DNA of 64,000 bases from Bacilli bacterium (GCA_050949315.1 JBMNFL010000001.1:288001-352000); one strand, 5' to 3'. Counted from the first letter of the stretch, positions 43,061 to 54,162 are shown. Program-made: numbers and translations. The notes: generated by a model from the sequence alone, not told the origin.

Positions 43061-44518
43061 TTATTCTATATCCGTATAGGACCAATTTAGTACTTCTTCT
43101 CCTGAATACTGTTCAGCCTCGTGCCAAATCTTTTCAAGATTGTAATTACTACGCTCCTCGCCTTTGAAAATATTGATGACAACATCAAAGGCATCAACTA
43201 AGATCCAATTCTTATCGTTGCGCCCCTCAATGTGGTGTAAAGGATATTTATATTCAGCTAGCAAATCTTCAACCATATAAGCCAAGGCTTGTAACTGGCG
43301 TTCATTATGGGCTTCACAATTTAGATAATACTTAACTAAAGGACTATACTTCTCAACATCAATAATGACGATGTTATCGGCAAAGCGTTCATCAAGGGCC
43401 TTGACAAGTTTTTTCAATAAATAGATTTCCTTGATTTTCAAACAACGAGCTTCCAGTTTTAAAATGTCGCTCTCTTTTTCAAGTTTGACACCTTTTTTAA
43501 TTAAAAAACGTAAATCATCAAGGAAGGTAAAGGCAAAGCCGACTTCTAAGTCCTCTAAACAACGTTCAGTCAAGAAAGTTGAGTCATAGCCTCTACCCGG
43601 CTCTACTTTATCGGCACAGTAGACTAATTTCGCTAATTTACTCATCTTTGGTCTAGCCGTAGTGTGGGTTTCAATGGCCTGTAAAATCTCCTCATCTTCA
43701 ATGCCAAACATCCGCTTGGCGATAATTCTGCCAAGATATTGATGATGGAGTTTGGGGTTTTCCTTGAGTTTATCTGGAAAATGTTCTTGCATCAAAGCAA
43801 GTTGTTCTTTTTCGTCTAATTCTTTAGCGCAATCATGAACTAAAGCGGCAATATAGGCCTTTTTATGGTCGAGTTTATTGGCTCTAGCAATCTTTACTGC
43901 TAATCTTGCCACTCTAAGACTATGCTTATAACGCTCTTTAGAAAGTAAAGGGCGCAGGATTTCTTTATAGTATAAACCTTCCTCTTTGATTATTTTTTGC
44001 ACTTCTAAAGGGCACAAGGCAAAGTCGCCCTGTCTTACTTGGCTACTAGAATCCATTGTCCCTACTAAGCCGATATCTTTAACTTTATAACGCTCAAAAT
44101 TCTCAAGATTTAACGTATAACCTTCCCGCTTCACATAAATAAATTGCAGCATTTTAACTAAACTATCGATTTCTTTCCACTTATGCAACTTGTTTACTTG
44201 GTCAGTGCCAATTAAGAAATAAAAGTCATATTTAGGATATTTATCTTTTAGATAAAGCATGGTATCAATCGTGTAAGTCACATGATCAAAAGTCGGAACT
44301 TCTTCACAGAGTTTTAAGTTGGGATAGTCTTTAATGGCCGCTTTTACTAAACGCTTGCGCTGAGTTTTAGCTAGAACGCTCTCACTCTTCCAACGCGGTT
44401 TCGCACTGACATCAAACCAGACCTCACTCTTAAGTTTACTAGAGGCCTGTAAAGCTACCTCAACATGGGTTTGGTGAATGGGATTAAAAGCTCCCCCAAA
44501 AATAATTATCTTCGTCAT
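43061..44518 (-). CDS. nadD: Triple fusion: NadD adenylyltransferase + YqeK HD-domain Ap4A hydrolase + RsfS ribosome silencing factor
   Basis: FGGAFNPIH..H and SSSQVR (NadD); HSLRVA, HDCAKE, HTT and ADKVEPGR (YqeK); EG....WILVD..DVVINIF....R..YNLEKIW (RsfS), all in one 485-aa ORF. Confidence 0.9.
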   Translation of the reverse strand: MTKIIIFGGAFNPIHQTHVEVALQASSKLKSEVWFDVSAKPRWKSESVLAKTQRKRLVKAAIKDYPNLKLCEEVPTFDHVTYTIDTMLYLKDKYPKYDFYFLIGTDQVNKLHKWKEIDSLVKMLQFIYVKREGYTLNLENFERYKVKDIGLVGTMDSSSQVRQGDFALCPLEVQKIIKEEGLYYKEILRPLLSKERYKHSLRVARLAVKIARANKLDHKKAYIAALVHDCAKELDEKEQLALMQEHFPDKLKENPKLHHQYLGRIIAKRMFGIEDEEILQAIETHTTARPKMSKLAKLVYCADKVEPGRGYDSTFLTERCLEDLEVGFAFTFLDDLRFLIKKGVKLEKESDILKLEARCLKIKEIYLLKKLVKALDERFADNIVIIDVEKYSPLVKYYLNCEAHNERQLQALAYMVEDLLAEYKYPLHHIEGRNDKNWILVDAFDVVINIFKGEERSNYNLEKIWHEAEQYSGEEVLNWSYTDIE

Positions 44519-44519
44519 A

Positions 44520-44813
44520 TTAATACCTACTTAGATTATAAAGTCGCTTCTTTGAAGGACGATATAAAGTAATGACCTTTCCTATAATTTGCACTAAAAT
44601 CGCCTTGCTTTGACTAGCTAGATCCAAAGCTAGGAGGCGTAATTCGTCTTTATCCTTAGTTAGGGCGTGAATTTTGATTAATTCATTGGCACTAAGGGCT
44701 TTATCTATCAGTACTAAGAAATTAGCACTAAGACCTTCTTTACCCAGTTGATAAAGAGCCTTGAGAGTTTGGGCTTCGCTTCTAAGATAACTCAATTGTT
44801 TATTTGTTAGCAA
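44520..44813 (-). CDS. yhbY: YhbY/CRM RNA-binding protein
   Basis: MLT.KQ..YLR..A, GK.G, ELIKI and VQIIG...LYR motifs. Confidence 0.92.
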   Translation of the reverse strand: MLTNKQLSYLRSEAQTLKALYQLGKEGLSANFLVLIDKALSANELIKIHALTKDKDELRLLALDLASQSKAILVQIIGKVITLYRPSKKRLYNLSRY

Positions 44814-45936
44814 GATTGTTACCTCCTATCATAGGCTCGCTTAAACTGACCTTAATCCCTTTGGGGACATAGACCTTGATTTTTTGACTGCCCTTTAACA
44901 AATCAAACCAGCCTAAGCCACTGATCATAATTGAAATGCGCTCATGGTCAATAAGTTTAAATTCATAACAATCCATACTGGCCTTAGATAAATAACAATT
45001 GGCCTTAGGGACATAATCGGGATTGAGCTGGGCGGTATCAAATTTCTCGGCCGAATTTTCCGTCTTGACTCTAAAGGTTTTAAGGCCGTTTGAACCATAG
45101 AAAAGAAAGATACTGGGCGCGCCTTCTAGATAATCAATACAAACTAGAGAACCGATAAATAGCGATTGACCGCTAGCTAAAGTGATACTCAAAGGCTTGA
45201 TCTCCCGCGAATTCATCACTAACTTGAGATTTTTATGATCTAAATAACGATAAAGACAACTATCACTAACCATACCTGGGGTATCAAAAAGATAGATATT
45301 ACCCGGCAGGGGAATTTTAATGGTACTGATGGTGGTGCCAGGGAAAATACTAGAAGTTATATACTGATTGGTCTCATTATCATACTGCTCCAAAAGAATA
45401 TTAATTAGACTAGATTTACCAACGTTGGCGTTGCCGATGACATAGATGTTTTTATGATTGGCGTGGTTATAGATACGCTGGAAAAGTCCATCGGTATTCT
45501 TCTTATTTCTCGTGGAAATCAAAACCATATCAACATACTTGATCCCCAGTTGATTTAATTTTTTACTACACCAATATTTGATTTTATCTTCTTTTAATGA
45601 TTTGGGTAAAAGATCGTATTTATTGATGACCACAAAAATGGGACAATGGGGAACATAATCCATCAAATCGCCAATAATACTGCCATCAAAATTAAATAAA
45701 TCGATGACATAGACCAATAAATTTTGCTCCTTATTAGCGGTTATTAACAGTTTTTCATACTCTTTACCAACGGTGGGGACAGTAAAGAATTGACCATAGT
45801 GTCGCAACTTAAAACAACGCTGACAAATGGCATCCTCACGATTATACAAGGTCGCGGGGATATAACCTTGTTCCTGATCATCTAAGGTCTGTAAAATCGC
45901 CCCACAACCAGGACATCTCTTCTCTTCTACCATCAC
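44800..45936 (-). CDS. yqeH: Ribosome biogenesis GTPase YqeH
   Basis: CxGC..CQRC zinc ribbon, NK.D, GNANVGKS and DTPG motifs. Confidence 0.94.
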   Translation of the reverse strand: MMVEEKRCPGCGAILQTLDDQEQGYIPATLYNREDAICQRCFKLRHYGQFFTVPTVGKEYEKLLITANKEQNLLVYVIDLFNFDGSIIGDLMDYVPHCPIFVVINKYDLLPKSLKEDKIKYWCSKKLNQLGIKYVDMVLISTRNKKNTDGLFQRIYNHANHKNIYVIGNANVGKSSLINILLEQYDNETNQYITSSIFPGTTISTIKIPLPGNIYLFDTPGMVSDSCLYRYLDHKNLKLVMNSREIKPLSITLASGQSLFIGSLVCIDYLEGAPSIFLFYGSNGLKTFRVKTENSAEKFDTAQLNPDYVPKANCYLSKASMDCYEFKLIDHERISIMISGLGWFDLLKGSQKIKVYVPKGIKVSLSEPMIGGNNLANK

Positions 45937-46445
45937 TCCACCCCCTTCAGTCTACCACGTTTTTTTAACTTTTTCCTGATGATCTTATCAATAAAACGCA
46001 GGGGTCTAGTAATCGGTAAATCCCGCGGACTAAAAGGTTCAACTAAAATACTTTTAAAACCCAAACGATTGGCGAACCAAATATCCGTTAGTAGTTGATC
46101 ACCGATGAGTATACTTTTATCAAGATCGACATTTTTTGCCTTAATGAAAGCTTTGAGTCTATTACGAAGAGGTTTACCGGTGGAACCAAAGTATTCAACC
46201 TGCAAGGCATCCGCCACTTTCTTGACTCGGTTTTCATGATTGTTAGAAATAATAAATAAGCGAAACCCCAAGGCCTTACACTTAGAGACGAAGGCATAAG
46301 ACTCTTCACTTGGCAAGGGATTGTGAGCGGCGGTCAAGGTGTTATCAAGATCACAAAAAACATCAACAAAACCCATATCTTTTAATTTTTGGAGGGGGAT
46401 ATCACAGATTTTTTGGTGATACCAAGTTGGTTGTAATTTTCTCAT
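45933..46445 (-). CDS. yqeG: YqeG family HAD IIIA phosphatase
   Basis: DLDNTL, SNN and IGDQLLTD motifs. Confidence 0.92.
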   Translation of the reverse strand: MRKLQPTWYHQKICDIPLQKLKDMGFVDVFCDLDNTLTAAHNPLPSEESYAFVSKCKALGFRLFIISNNHENRVKKVADALQVEYFGSTGKPLRNRLKAFIKAKNVDLDKSILIGDQLLTDIWFANRLGFKSILVEPFSPRDLPITRPLRFIDKIIRKKLKKRGRLKGVE

Positions 46446-46447
46446 AA

Positions 46448-48985
46448 CTATAGATCATCTAAATAGTCAAAAATGGTTTGTTGACTATCCTCCTCTTCTT
46501 TAGTGGTGGGCTTATTTTCAATTATCTCTTCAGTAGGCTCATAGGTTTTGGTCTGCTCATCAATAACGGCAAAACTACCATCGGAAATTACTGTAAACCT
46601 TTCAGTCGGGTCTTCTAAAAGCGTTGACCTTATAATGCGGGCTAAAGCCGTAGCCTTGGTTGTTTCAAAAGTGATTTCTCTACTCCCTGAAATTGTCGAT
46701 AAAACATTGATTTTATTATTTTCAGGATAAAGAACTGCCCCAACCAAATGATGAGTTTCTGAACGATAATATCTATATAATTCAAGCGGTTTTATTAAGC
46801 GATTACCATAAGTTAAGTTATAGGGATTAAAAACCTTTAAACCCCCGCGGTCAGTGATGATAAGCGCATTGGTTTTGACACCCTTATTTAAAACTAACAT
46901 GGCGGCGATCTCATCATCCTTAGCTAATTTTAAAGCCTTAACCCCAGCGGCTCTTACCCCAACTAGTGAGACCTTATTTTCATGATAAGCATTGATCTTG
47001 CCTTTTCTAGTGAGCACTAAAATTTTGCTATCACCATCGGCATAAGCCATAGAAACCAGAGCATCACCTTCAGAAATATTCATCGCCTTTAAGGGCTTGC
47101 TATAACGCTGAACCACATAATCGGCTAAGCGGGTGCGCTTGATTAAGCCCTCTTCACTACACAAGACCAAACTGACATCCTTGCTAAAATCTTTAACTAA
47201 GATCGTGGCAATAATTTTTTCATCCCCAGCCAAACTGATGATATTGCTGATATGTTTACCCTCATCTTTCCACTTGTTCTCACTCAACTCATGAATTGGA
47301 ATATAAAGATAATTGGCTTTATCGGTAAAAGCTAGAAGAATATCGGCGGTATTGGCTTGCCCAGTAGCGACAATGATATCCCCATTTTTACAACCTGGCA
47401 TTGCCCCTTCCCCACTAGCACTATAAGACTTCAAAGATGAGCGCTTAAAGTAACCATCTCTAGAAACGGCAATCATGACATCCTCTTTGAGGATGGGCTT
47501 CTTATCGACATTATATTCTTTAAAGTCCTCTTCCAAAGTTGAAAGACGGGGACTTGGATATTTCTTAGCAAGTTCACTTAACTCCCTAGTAAGAATGTTC
47601 TTAATCTTCTTTTCATTATCTTTAATGGCTGAGAGTTCGGCTACCTTGCTTTCAAGTTCTAAACCCTCTTCCTTTAAACTTAAAACATCCGCGGCATTTA
47701 AGCGATAGAGTTGTAAGGTCACAATGGCTTCGGCCTGCATCTCTGTTAAGGAAAAGCGACTCATCAAGCCCTTCTTAGCCTCATCTTTACTCTTACTCGC
47801 TCGCACAATCCGGATAACCTCATCAAGATTGCTAACAGCGATGATAAGACCACTGACAATGTGCAGACGCTGCTCGGCCTTTCTTAAATCAAACTTAACG
47901 CGCCTATTGATCACTTCAACTTGATGTTTGATATAGTAATCCAAAATGGGCAGCAAGCCGACCTGCAAGGGTTGTTTATCACAGATAACTACCATGTTAT
48001 AACTGTAACGTACCGAAAGGTCAGTCTTCTTCATTAAATAGGTTTTAATACTATCATGATCGGCATCTTTATGTAAATCAATGACAATACGTAAACCGCT
48101 GCGATCCGATTCATCGCGCACTTCTAAAATGCCATCAATCTCTTTATCGTTACGAATCTTATCAATAGCCGCAACTAATTGGCTCTTAACGACGGCAAAA
48201 GGAATTTCACTAATCACTAGGGATCGACAATTCTTACTGTTGACAAACTCGGTTTTCGCGGTAATCTGCACTTGACCAGAACCACTTTCAAAAGCATCGA
48301 TAACCCCTTGTTTCCCACGGACGATGCCGCCAGTTGGAAAATCAGGTCCTGGGATAACTTCTAGTATTTCATTTAAAGAACAAGTGGGATTTTTTAAACG
48401 GTAAACCGTCGCTTCACAGACTTCTTTAAAGTTATGCGGCGGGATATTGGTGCGATAACCAGCAGCAATTCCTTCCGAACCATTGACTAAAAGATTGGGA
48501 AAATAGGCTGGTAAAACCGTTGGTTCCTGATTGGTATCATCATAGTTTGGGGCAAAATTAACCGTATCCTTTTCAATATCTTTTAATAGTTCCATGCTGA
48601 TGGGAGCAAGACGGGCTTCGGTATAACGCATGGCGGCAGGTGGGTCAGCATCTAAAGAGCCATTGTTACCCTGCATATCTATTAAGGGTTGGTTTTGTTT
48701 CCACCACTGGCTCATCCTCACCATGGCATCATAAACTGAAGTGTCGCCATGTGGATGATAATGACCAATAACAAAACCCACAGCCGTAGCCGCTTTCCTA
48801 TAAGCCTTAGTTGGAACGTTGCCATTAACTAACATCGCATAGATTATTCTTCTTTGCACAGGTTTTAAACCATCACGCACATCGGGTAAGGCCCGATCCT
48901 GAATGATGTATTTCGAATATTTACCAAAACGATCGCCGAGGATAAAATCTAAGGGTAAGTTAATAATTCTTTTAACTTCTTCCAT
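46448..48985 (-). CDS. parC: DNA topoisomerase IV subunit A
   Basis: RFGKYSKYIIQDRA, YHPHGD and AAMRYTEARL motifs; follows parE. Confidence 0.93.
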   Translation of the reverse strand: MEEVKRIINLPLDFILGDRFGKYSKYIIQDRALPDVRDGLKPVQRRIIYAMLVNGNVPTKAYRKAATAVGFVIGHYHPHGDTSVYDAMVRMSQWWKQNQPLIDMQGNNGSLDADPPAAMRYTEARLAPISMELLKDIEKDTVNFAPNYDDTNQEPTVLPAYFPNLLVNGSEGIAAGYRTNIPPHNFKEVCEATVYRLKNPTCSLNEILEVIPGPDFPTGGIVRGKQGVIDAFESGSGQVQITAKTEFVNSKNCRSLVISEIPFAVVKSQLVAAIDKIRNDKEIDGILEVRDESDRSGLRIVIDLHKDADHDSIKTYLMKKTDLSVRYSYNMVVICDKQPLQVGLLPILDYYIKHQVEVINRRVKFDLRKAEQRLHIVSGLIIAVSNLDEVIRIVRASKSKDEAKKGLMSRFSLTEMQAEAIVTLQLYRLNAADVLSLKEEGLELESKVAELSAIKDNEKKIKNILTRELSELAKKYPSPRLSTLEEDFKEYNVDKKPILKEDVMIAVSRDGYFKRSSLKSYSASGEGAMPGCKNGDIIVATGQANTADILLAFTDKANYLYIPIHELSENKWKDEGKHISNIISLAGDEKIIATILVKDFSKDVSLVLCSEEGLIKRTRLADYVVQRYSKPLKAMNISEGDALVSMAYADGDSKILVLTRKGKINAYHENKVSLVGVRAAGVKALKLAKDDEIAAMLVLNKGVKTNALIITDRGGLKVFNPYNLTYGNRLIKPLELYRYYRSETHHLVGAVLYPENNKINVLSTISGSREITFETTKATALARIIRSTLLEDPTERFTVISDGSFAVIDEQTKTYEPTEEIIENKPTTKEEEDSQQTIFDYLDDL

Positions 48986-50917
48986 TTATTTTACCTCCCT
49001 GAGAAAATCGTCTTCTAAGGTGAATTTGATGTTTTCTTCAATCCAGTTACGCCTTAATTTGGCATCTTTACCCATTAAAACCGTCACTTTTTTCTCCGTG
49101 GCAACGAGATTATCGATTTTTACCTGAATTAAAGAACGCGTTTTAGGATTCATAGTAGTTTCCCATAGTTGACCGGGATTCATCTCACCTAGACCTTTAT
49201 AACGTTGGATGCTATAACCTGCCCCAATCTTTTCCTTAGCGGCCTTTAAGTCTTCCTCGTCCCAGCAATAAACGGATTTTTCTTTCTTCCCGACATACTT
49301 ATAAACTTTGTAAAGTGGTGGTAAAGCCACATAAACTCGTCCTGCCTCAATCAAGGCCCGCATGTAGCGGAAGAAGAAGGTTAAAAGTAAGACTTGAATA
49401 TGGGCCCCATCGGTATCCGCATCAGTCATGATGATAACTTTACCATAGTTGCAATCATTCAAAGAAAAACTTTGGCCATAACCAGCCCCGATGGTATAGA
49501 TCATGGTGGAAATCTCTTCGTTTTTAAGTAGGTCCGCTAAATCACTGCGCTCAGAGTTGATAACCTTGCCTCTCAGAGGCAAAATCGCTTGATATAGTCG
49601 GTCACGACCCTGTTTAGCCGAACCACCTGCTGAATCACCTTCAACCAAAAACAACTCACATTCACTGCTCTTTTTGGATTGAGCTGGGGTTAATTTGCCG
49701 CTTAATAAGCGCTCGGCCTTAACTCTTTTACCACTGCGGGCTTCTTCTCTAGCCTTTCTTGCCGCTTCGCGCGCCAAACTAGCTTTTTTGGCCCGATTGA
49801 TGATCTTATTGGCCATCTCTTTATTTTCTTCTAAGTAATAGGTAAAGCGTTCGGTCAGGACACTATCTACCGCATTACGAACTTCAGGAGAGCCTAGTTT
49901 TGATTTAGTTTGACCCTCAAACTGAAGATATTTTTCGGGTACCTTGACTGAGACAATGGCAGTTAAACCCTCGCGGTAATCAGAACTATCAATCTTATCG
50001 CGCTCTTTGATTATATTGTATTTTTTGGCATAGTCATTCAAACAACGGGTAAAAGCCGTGCGAAAACCCGTTTCGTGGGTGCCGCCATCAATCGTTTTTA
50101 CATTATTAGCAAAAGAAATTATGGTCTCATCGTATTCAGTGGTATACTGCATCACAATCTCCACTTTTGTGCTGTTATAAGTATCAACAAAAGACATGAT
50201 CGGTGTTAGAACTTCCTTATCTTCATTGATAAATTGACAGTAGGCAATCAGACCATCTTGATAACAGTAATTGGCCACTTTTTCACTTCGCTCATCGATG
50301 AGCACCAACTCAACGCCTGGTAGTAAAAAGGCGCTTTCCTGCAACCTCTCGGCAATTAAAGAGAATTTAAACTCGGTGCTGGAGAAGATTTTGGGATCAG
50401 GTAAAAAACGCACAATTGTCCCAGTACGCGTGGTTGTTCGACTTAAATCGGCTTTGCCGATAATACTTCCACCCTTTTCATAACGCTGATTAAAAACCTT
50501 GCCATCTTTATAAATCGTGACATCTAAATACTCACTAAGTGCTGTGACTACCGCCGCCCCAACACCATGTAAACCGACACTAGCTGAATAGACCTTATCG
50601 CTAAATTTACCACCGGCATGTAAAATCGTATAGACGACCTGGGGAGTGGGTACTCCCGACTTGTGACGACCTGTTGGTATACCTCGACCAAAATCCTCCA
50701 CGCTTAAAGAACCATCCTTGTGAATGGTTAAAATTATCTTCTTACCAAACCCCATCATCGCTTCATCGATGGAGTTATCAACTATTTCCCAAACGCAGTG
50801 ATGAAGACCTCGATAATCGGTGGAACCAATATACATAGCCGGCCTTTTACGAACAGCACTCAGCCCCTCTAAAATCTCTATTGTTCCTTCCGAATAATTT
50901 CTATCTTCTCTCGCCAT
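48986..50917 (-). CDS. parE: DNA topoisomerase IV subunit B
   Basis: VRKRPAMYIG, VEGDSAGGSAKQGR and QRYKGLGEMN motifs; divergent from plsY. Confidence 0.93.
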   Translation of the reverse strand: MAREDRNYSEGTIEILEGLSAVRKRPAMYIGSTDYRGLHHCVWEIVDNSIDEAMMGFGKKIILTIHKDGSLSVEDFGRGIPTGRHKSGVPTPQVVYTILHAGGKFSDKVYSASVGLHGVGAAVVTALSEYLDVTIYKDGKVFNQRYEKGGSIIGKADLSRTTTRTGTIVRFLPDPKIFSSTEFKFSLIAERLQESAFLLPGVELVLIDERSEKVANYCYQDGLIAYCQFINEDKEVLTPIMSFVDTYNSTKVEIVMQYTTEYDETIISFANNVKTIDGGTHETGFRTAFTRCLNDYAKKYNIIKERDKIDSSDYREGLTAIVSVKVPEKYLQFEGQTKSKLGSPEVRNAVDSVLTERFTYYLEENKEMANKIINRAKKASLAREAARKAREEARSGKRVKAERLLSGKLTPAQSKKSSECELFLVEGDSAGGSAKQGRDRLYQAILPLRGKVINSERSDLADLLKNEEISTMIYTIGAGYGQSFSLNDCNYGKVIIMTDADTDGAHIQVLLLTFFFRYMRALIEAGRVYVALPPLYKVYKYVGKKEKSVYCWDEEDLKAAKEKIGAGYSIQRYKGLGEMNPGQLWETTMNPKTRSLIQVKIDNLVATEKKVTVLMGKDAKLRRNWIEENIKFTLEDDFLREVK

Positions 50918-51063
50918 TAATAAACCTCTTTTCCTGGAAAAACGGATAAAACATATCCGTTTATTTACTTACAAAGCCATTATACAAGATTTTTTAAACT
51001 TTTTCATTACTTTCTTGCAATTTTTTGTTATTATAATCATAGTTTTAAAAGGGAGGGCTTTCG

Positions 51064-51729
51064 ATGGAAATACTTTGTTTACTAATCTGTGCGGTTCTGG
51101 CTTACTTAATCGGTGCCATCCCCTGGGCGATAATCATCAGCAGGCTTTTTTTCCATATCGATGTCCGTGACTATGGCTCCCGTAACGCTGGCGGAACTAA
51201 TGCTGGCCGCGTCATGGGCAAGCGCATCGGTTTGCTGGTTATCGTTTTAGATACTTGTAAAATTCTTATAATTTTTCTACTGAATCGCTTGATCATCTTT
51301 AATTTCTTTGGCTTTACCTCAGCCGACATGATTTATACCTACTGTCAGTTATTGTCGACCGTTTGCGCGACTCTTGGGCATTGCTACCCCATCTATTGTA
51401 GTTTTAAAGGCGGTAAGGCTGTTTCTTGTTCAACTGGTTTTGTCGCTTTCACCAACTGGATAATCTTCCCAATTTGTTTTTTAACTTTTATCGGCATCTT
51501 AAAGAAAACAAAATATGTTTCCCTTTCTTCAATGACCTCTTCATTTATTTCAGTTATCCTAGCTTTTATCGCCCCACTTGCTAAACTTGGCTTATGGTTT
51601 GATATCCAATATGACATTGTTTATCCTTTAACAGCGACCATGCTTTTTATCATCTTGTTTTTCCGCCACAGCGAAAATATCAAAAGGCTTAAAAACGGTG
51701 TTGAGAATAAAATTACTTGGCTTAAATAA
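51064..51729 (+). CDS. plsY: Glycerol-3-phosphate acyltransferase PlsY
   Basis: GSRNAGGTNAGR, GHCYP..FKGGKAV and RH.ENI.RL..G.E motifs. Confidence 0.94.
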   Translation: MEILCLLICAVLAYLIGAIPWAIIISRLFFHIDVRDYGSRNAGGTNAGRVMGKRIGLLVIVLDTCKILIIFLLNRLIIFNFFGFTSADMIYTYCQLLSTVCATLGHCYPIYCSFKGGKAVSCSTGFVAFTNWIIFPICFLTFIGILKKTKYVSLSSMTSSFISVILAFIAPLAKLGLWFDIQYDIVYPLTATMLFIILFFRHSENIKRLKNGVENKITWLK

Positions 51730-51756
51730 ATAAAAAAAGTATCACGATTTGTGATA

Positions 51757-52017
51757 CTATTTTTGAGCATGCATTGAATTCATCACTTGTCTGATTTGTG
51801 CCTCGGAAGGTTTCCTTCCCATCGATAAGAACATCGCACGAATCATTTTTTCATTAACAGGAGGGTTTTTCTTAAGCTCGCGCTTAAACAACCATCTTGA
51901 GAAGAAGAAGGTCGCGATGGCGCCGACGGCTAGTCCGATAAAAGCCCACCAAAAGCCAGTCCAACCAGAGCCAGTTGATTCCGCCAGCACTGGACTATTT
52001 ATTAATAATTTAATCAT
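51757..52017 (-). CDS. yneF: YneF family small membrane protein
   Basis: KNPPVNEKMIRAMF.SMGRKPSEAQI motif. Confidence 0.92.
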   Translation of the reverse strand: MIKLLINSPVLAESTGSGWTGFWWAFIGLAVGAIATFFFSRWLFKRELKKNPPVNEKMIRAMFLSMGRKPSEAQIRQVMNSMHAQK

Positions 52018-52080
52018 TAATCACACCTCCTAAAATCAATGATTATTTTAAACGATACTAAGAATTTTGACAACCACTAT

Positions 52081-54024
52081 TTAGTCAAAGAGTTTTTGGC
52101 TGAGCTCCTCGGCCGTAAAACCATAGGCGGCGATTACTTCTTCACCCTTAGCACTACAACCAAATTCATCAATGCCAACAACCTTGTCCGCATAACGATA
52201 CCAAAGGCCACTTACTCCCATTTCGATAGCGATAGTCTTGTCTTTTTTACCACCTGTAACCTGATTTTGATAAGTTTTTGATTGCTTATTAAATAATTCT
52301 AGTGAAGGAATAGAAGCAACTCTGACTTTTAAGCGATCGCTGACTAGGTCGGCGATTTTCAAAGCTAGAGGCACTTCACTACCCGTCGCTAACAAAGTAT
52401 AATCCGCCCCGCTAATCTCTTTAACCACGTAGCCGCCTTTTACAAAGTCCTCATAGCTGCCGGCGGCTAAAGTTCTAATCTTTTGTCGTGAAAGAATTAG
52501 GTTAACAGGCCCTTCTTTGTTCTCTATTGCATAACGCCAGGCATGCGCCGTTTCAATGGCGCCTGCTGGCCGAATAGTGACCGTATTAGGCACAAGACGC
52601 AAAGATGAAATTTGCTCAATTGGTTGATGGGTTGGCCCATCTTCACCCACCGCGATTGAATCATGGGTAAAAACATTGATAGAAGGAACATTCATTAAAG
52701 CTGCTGTTCTAATTGAAGGCTTAAGATAATCACTAAAGACCAAGAAACAACCAACATATGTTCTTAAACCACCGTAGAGCAGTAGACCAGTCTGGGCACA
52801 GGACATCGCAAATTCACGAATACCAAAATAGATATTGCGTCCACCCTCTTCTAAACCCCAGGCTCCAGTATTTTTGATTGTCGTATTGACTGAACTTGCC
52901 ACATCACTCGCCCCACCAAACAGATTTGGCATTTGTTTAGCAATTTCATTGAGGATTTTTCCTGAAGTAGCCCTTGTTGCTTCATCAGTTCCAATTTCAT
53001 ATTCCGGATAAACTATTTGGCCACAAATAGAGCCATCTAAACAAGCCATTAAAGTCGCATAATCTTCCGGATAGAGTTTCTTATATTTCTTTAAACGGTT
53101 TTTCCAACTGCGATTAAACCTTAATCCGCGTCTTGCAAAAGTGGCTTGATAATAATCGTAAACCGCATCGGGAACCTTAAAAGGTGGATAAGGCCAGGTT
53201 AGTTTTTTCTTGAGTTTATCGGTTTCTTCGGCACCTAAAGGTGAACCATGAACTTTAGAAGTTCCTTGTTTAGAAGAGCCAAAGCCGATGACGGTTCTCG
53301 CAATGATAAGTGTGGGTGCATCTTTCATTCTCGAAGCCCGTTTAAGACACCTTTCAACCTCCTCTAAAACTAGGCCATCACATTTTAAAACATTCCAGCC
53401 ACAGGCTTTAAAACGTTTTTCAACATCTTCATTGAAAGATAAGTCTAAAGCCCCATCTAAAGTGACATCATTGGCATCATAAAGAACAATCAATTTATTT
53501 AGTTTCAAAGTTGCTGCTAAAGAAATGGCTTCTTGAGTAACTCCTTCTTGAATATCGCCATCGCCACATAAAACATAGGTATGATTATCAAATAAATTGA
53601 CATCAGGACGATTAAAAAGTTCACCCATGCGTTTTTCCGCCATCGCTAAACCTACGGCATGTGCAATACCCTGACCTAAAGGACCCGAGGTGCAATCAAC
53701 ACCATCCGTTAAACCATATTCTGGATGCCCTGGTGTTACCGAATTTAACTGCCGAAAATCGTAAAGATCATCTAAACTAACCTTATAACCACAGATATGC
53801 AGCATGCTATAAAGTAAGGCCGAACCATGACCCGCCGCTAACACAAAACGATCGCGACCAAGCCATGTACTATCTTGAGGAGTTGCTTTTAAAAAACGGG
53901 TAAATAAAGTATGCATAAGCGTGGCCGCTCCTAAACAAATACCTGGATGCCCTGAATTGGCATTATTAATAGCATCCATCGATAAACAACGCAAAGCATT
54001 AATTCCTAAATCATTAATATCCAT
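52081..54024 (-). CDS. tkt: Transketolase
   Basis: SGHPG, GPLGQG, GDG..QEG and THDS..VGEDGPTHQP motifs. Confidence 0.96.
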   Translation of the reverse strand: MDINDLGINALRCLSMDAINNANSGHPGICLGAATLMHTLFTRFLKATPQDSTWLGRDRFVLAAGHGSALLYSMLHICGYKVSLDDLYDFRQLNSVTPGHPEYGLTDGVDCTSGPLGQGIAHAVGLAMAEKRMGELFNRPDVNLFDNHTYVLCGDGDIQEGVTQEAISLAATLKLNKLIVLYDANDVTLDGALDLSFNEDVEKRFKACGWNVLKCDGLVLEEVERCLKRASRMKDAPTLIIARTVIGFGSSKQGTSKVHGSPLGAEETDKLKKKLTWPYPPFKVPDAVYDYYQATFARRGLRFNRSWKNRLKKYKKLYPEDYATLMACLDGSICGQIVYPEYEIGTDEATRATSGKILNEIAKQMPNLFGGASDVASSVNTTIKNTGAWGLEEGGRNIYFGIREFAMSCAQTGLLLYGGLRTYVGCFLVFSDYLKPSIRTAALMNVPSINVFTHDSIAVGEDGPTHQPIEQISSLRLVPNTVTIRPAGAIETAHAWRYAIENKEGPVNLILSRQKIRTLAAGSYEDFVKGGYVVKEISGADYTLLATGSEVPLALKIADLVSDRLKVRVASIPSLELFNKQSKTYQNQVTGGKKDKTIAIEMGVSGLWYRYADKVVGIDEFGCSAKGEEVIAAYGFTAEELSQKLFD

Positions 54025-54162
54025 TTATAACCCCCACCTTCTTATATAAGGCCTATTTTTACTAACACTACAAGGCCTTCTTAAAACGCTTTTATTATAA
54101 CATAAAAAAGCCTGCTGTAACCCTTAAAATAGCTTTTTTCATAAGTTTATTAGCATTTAAAA

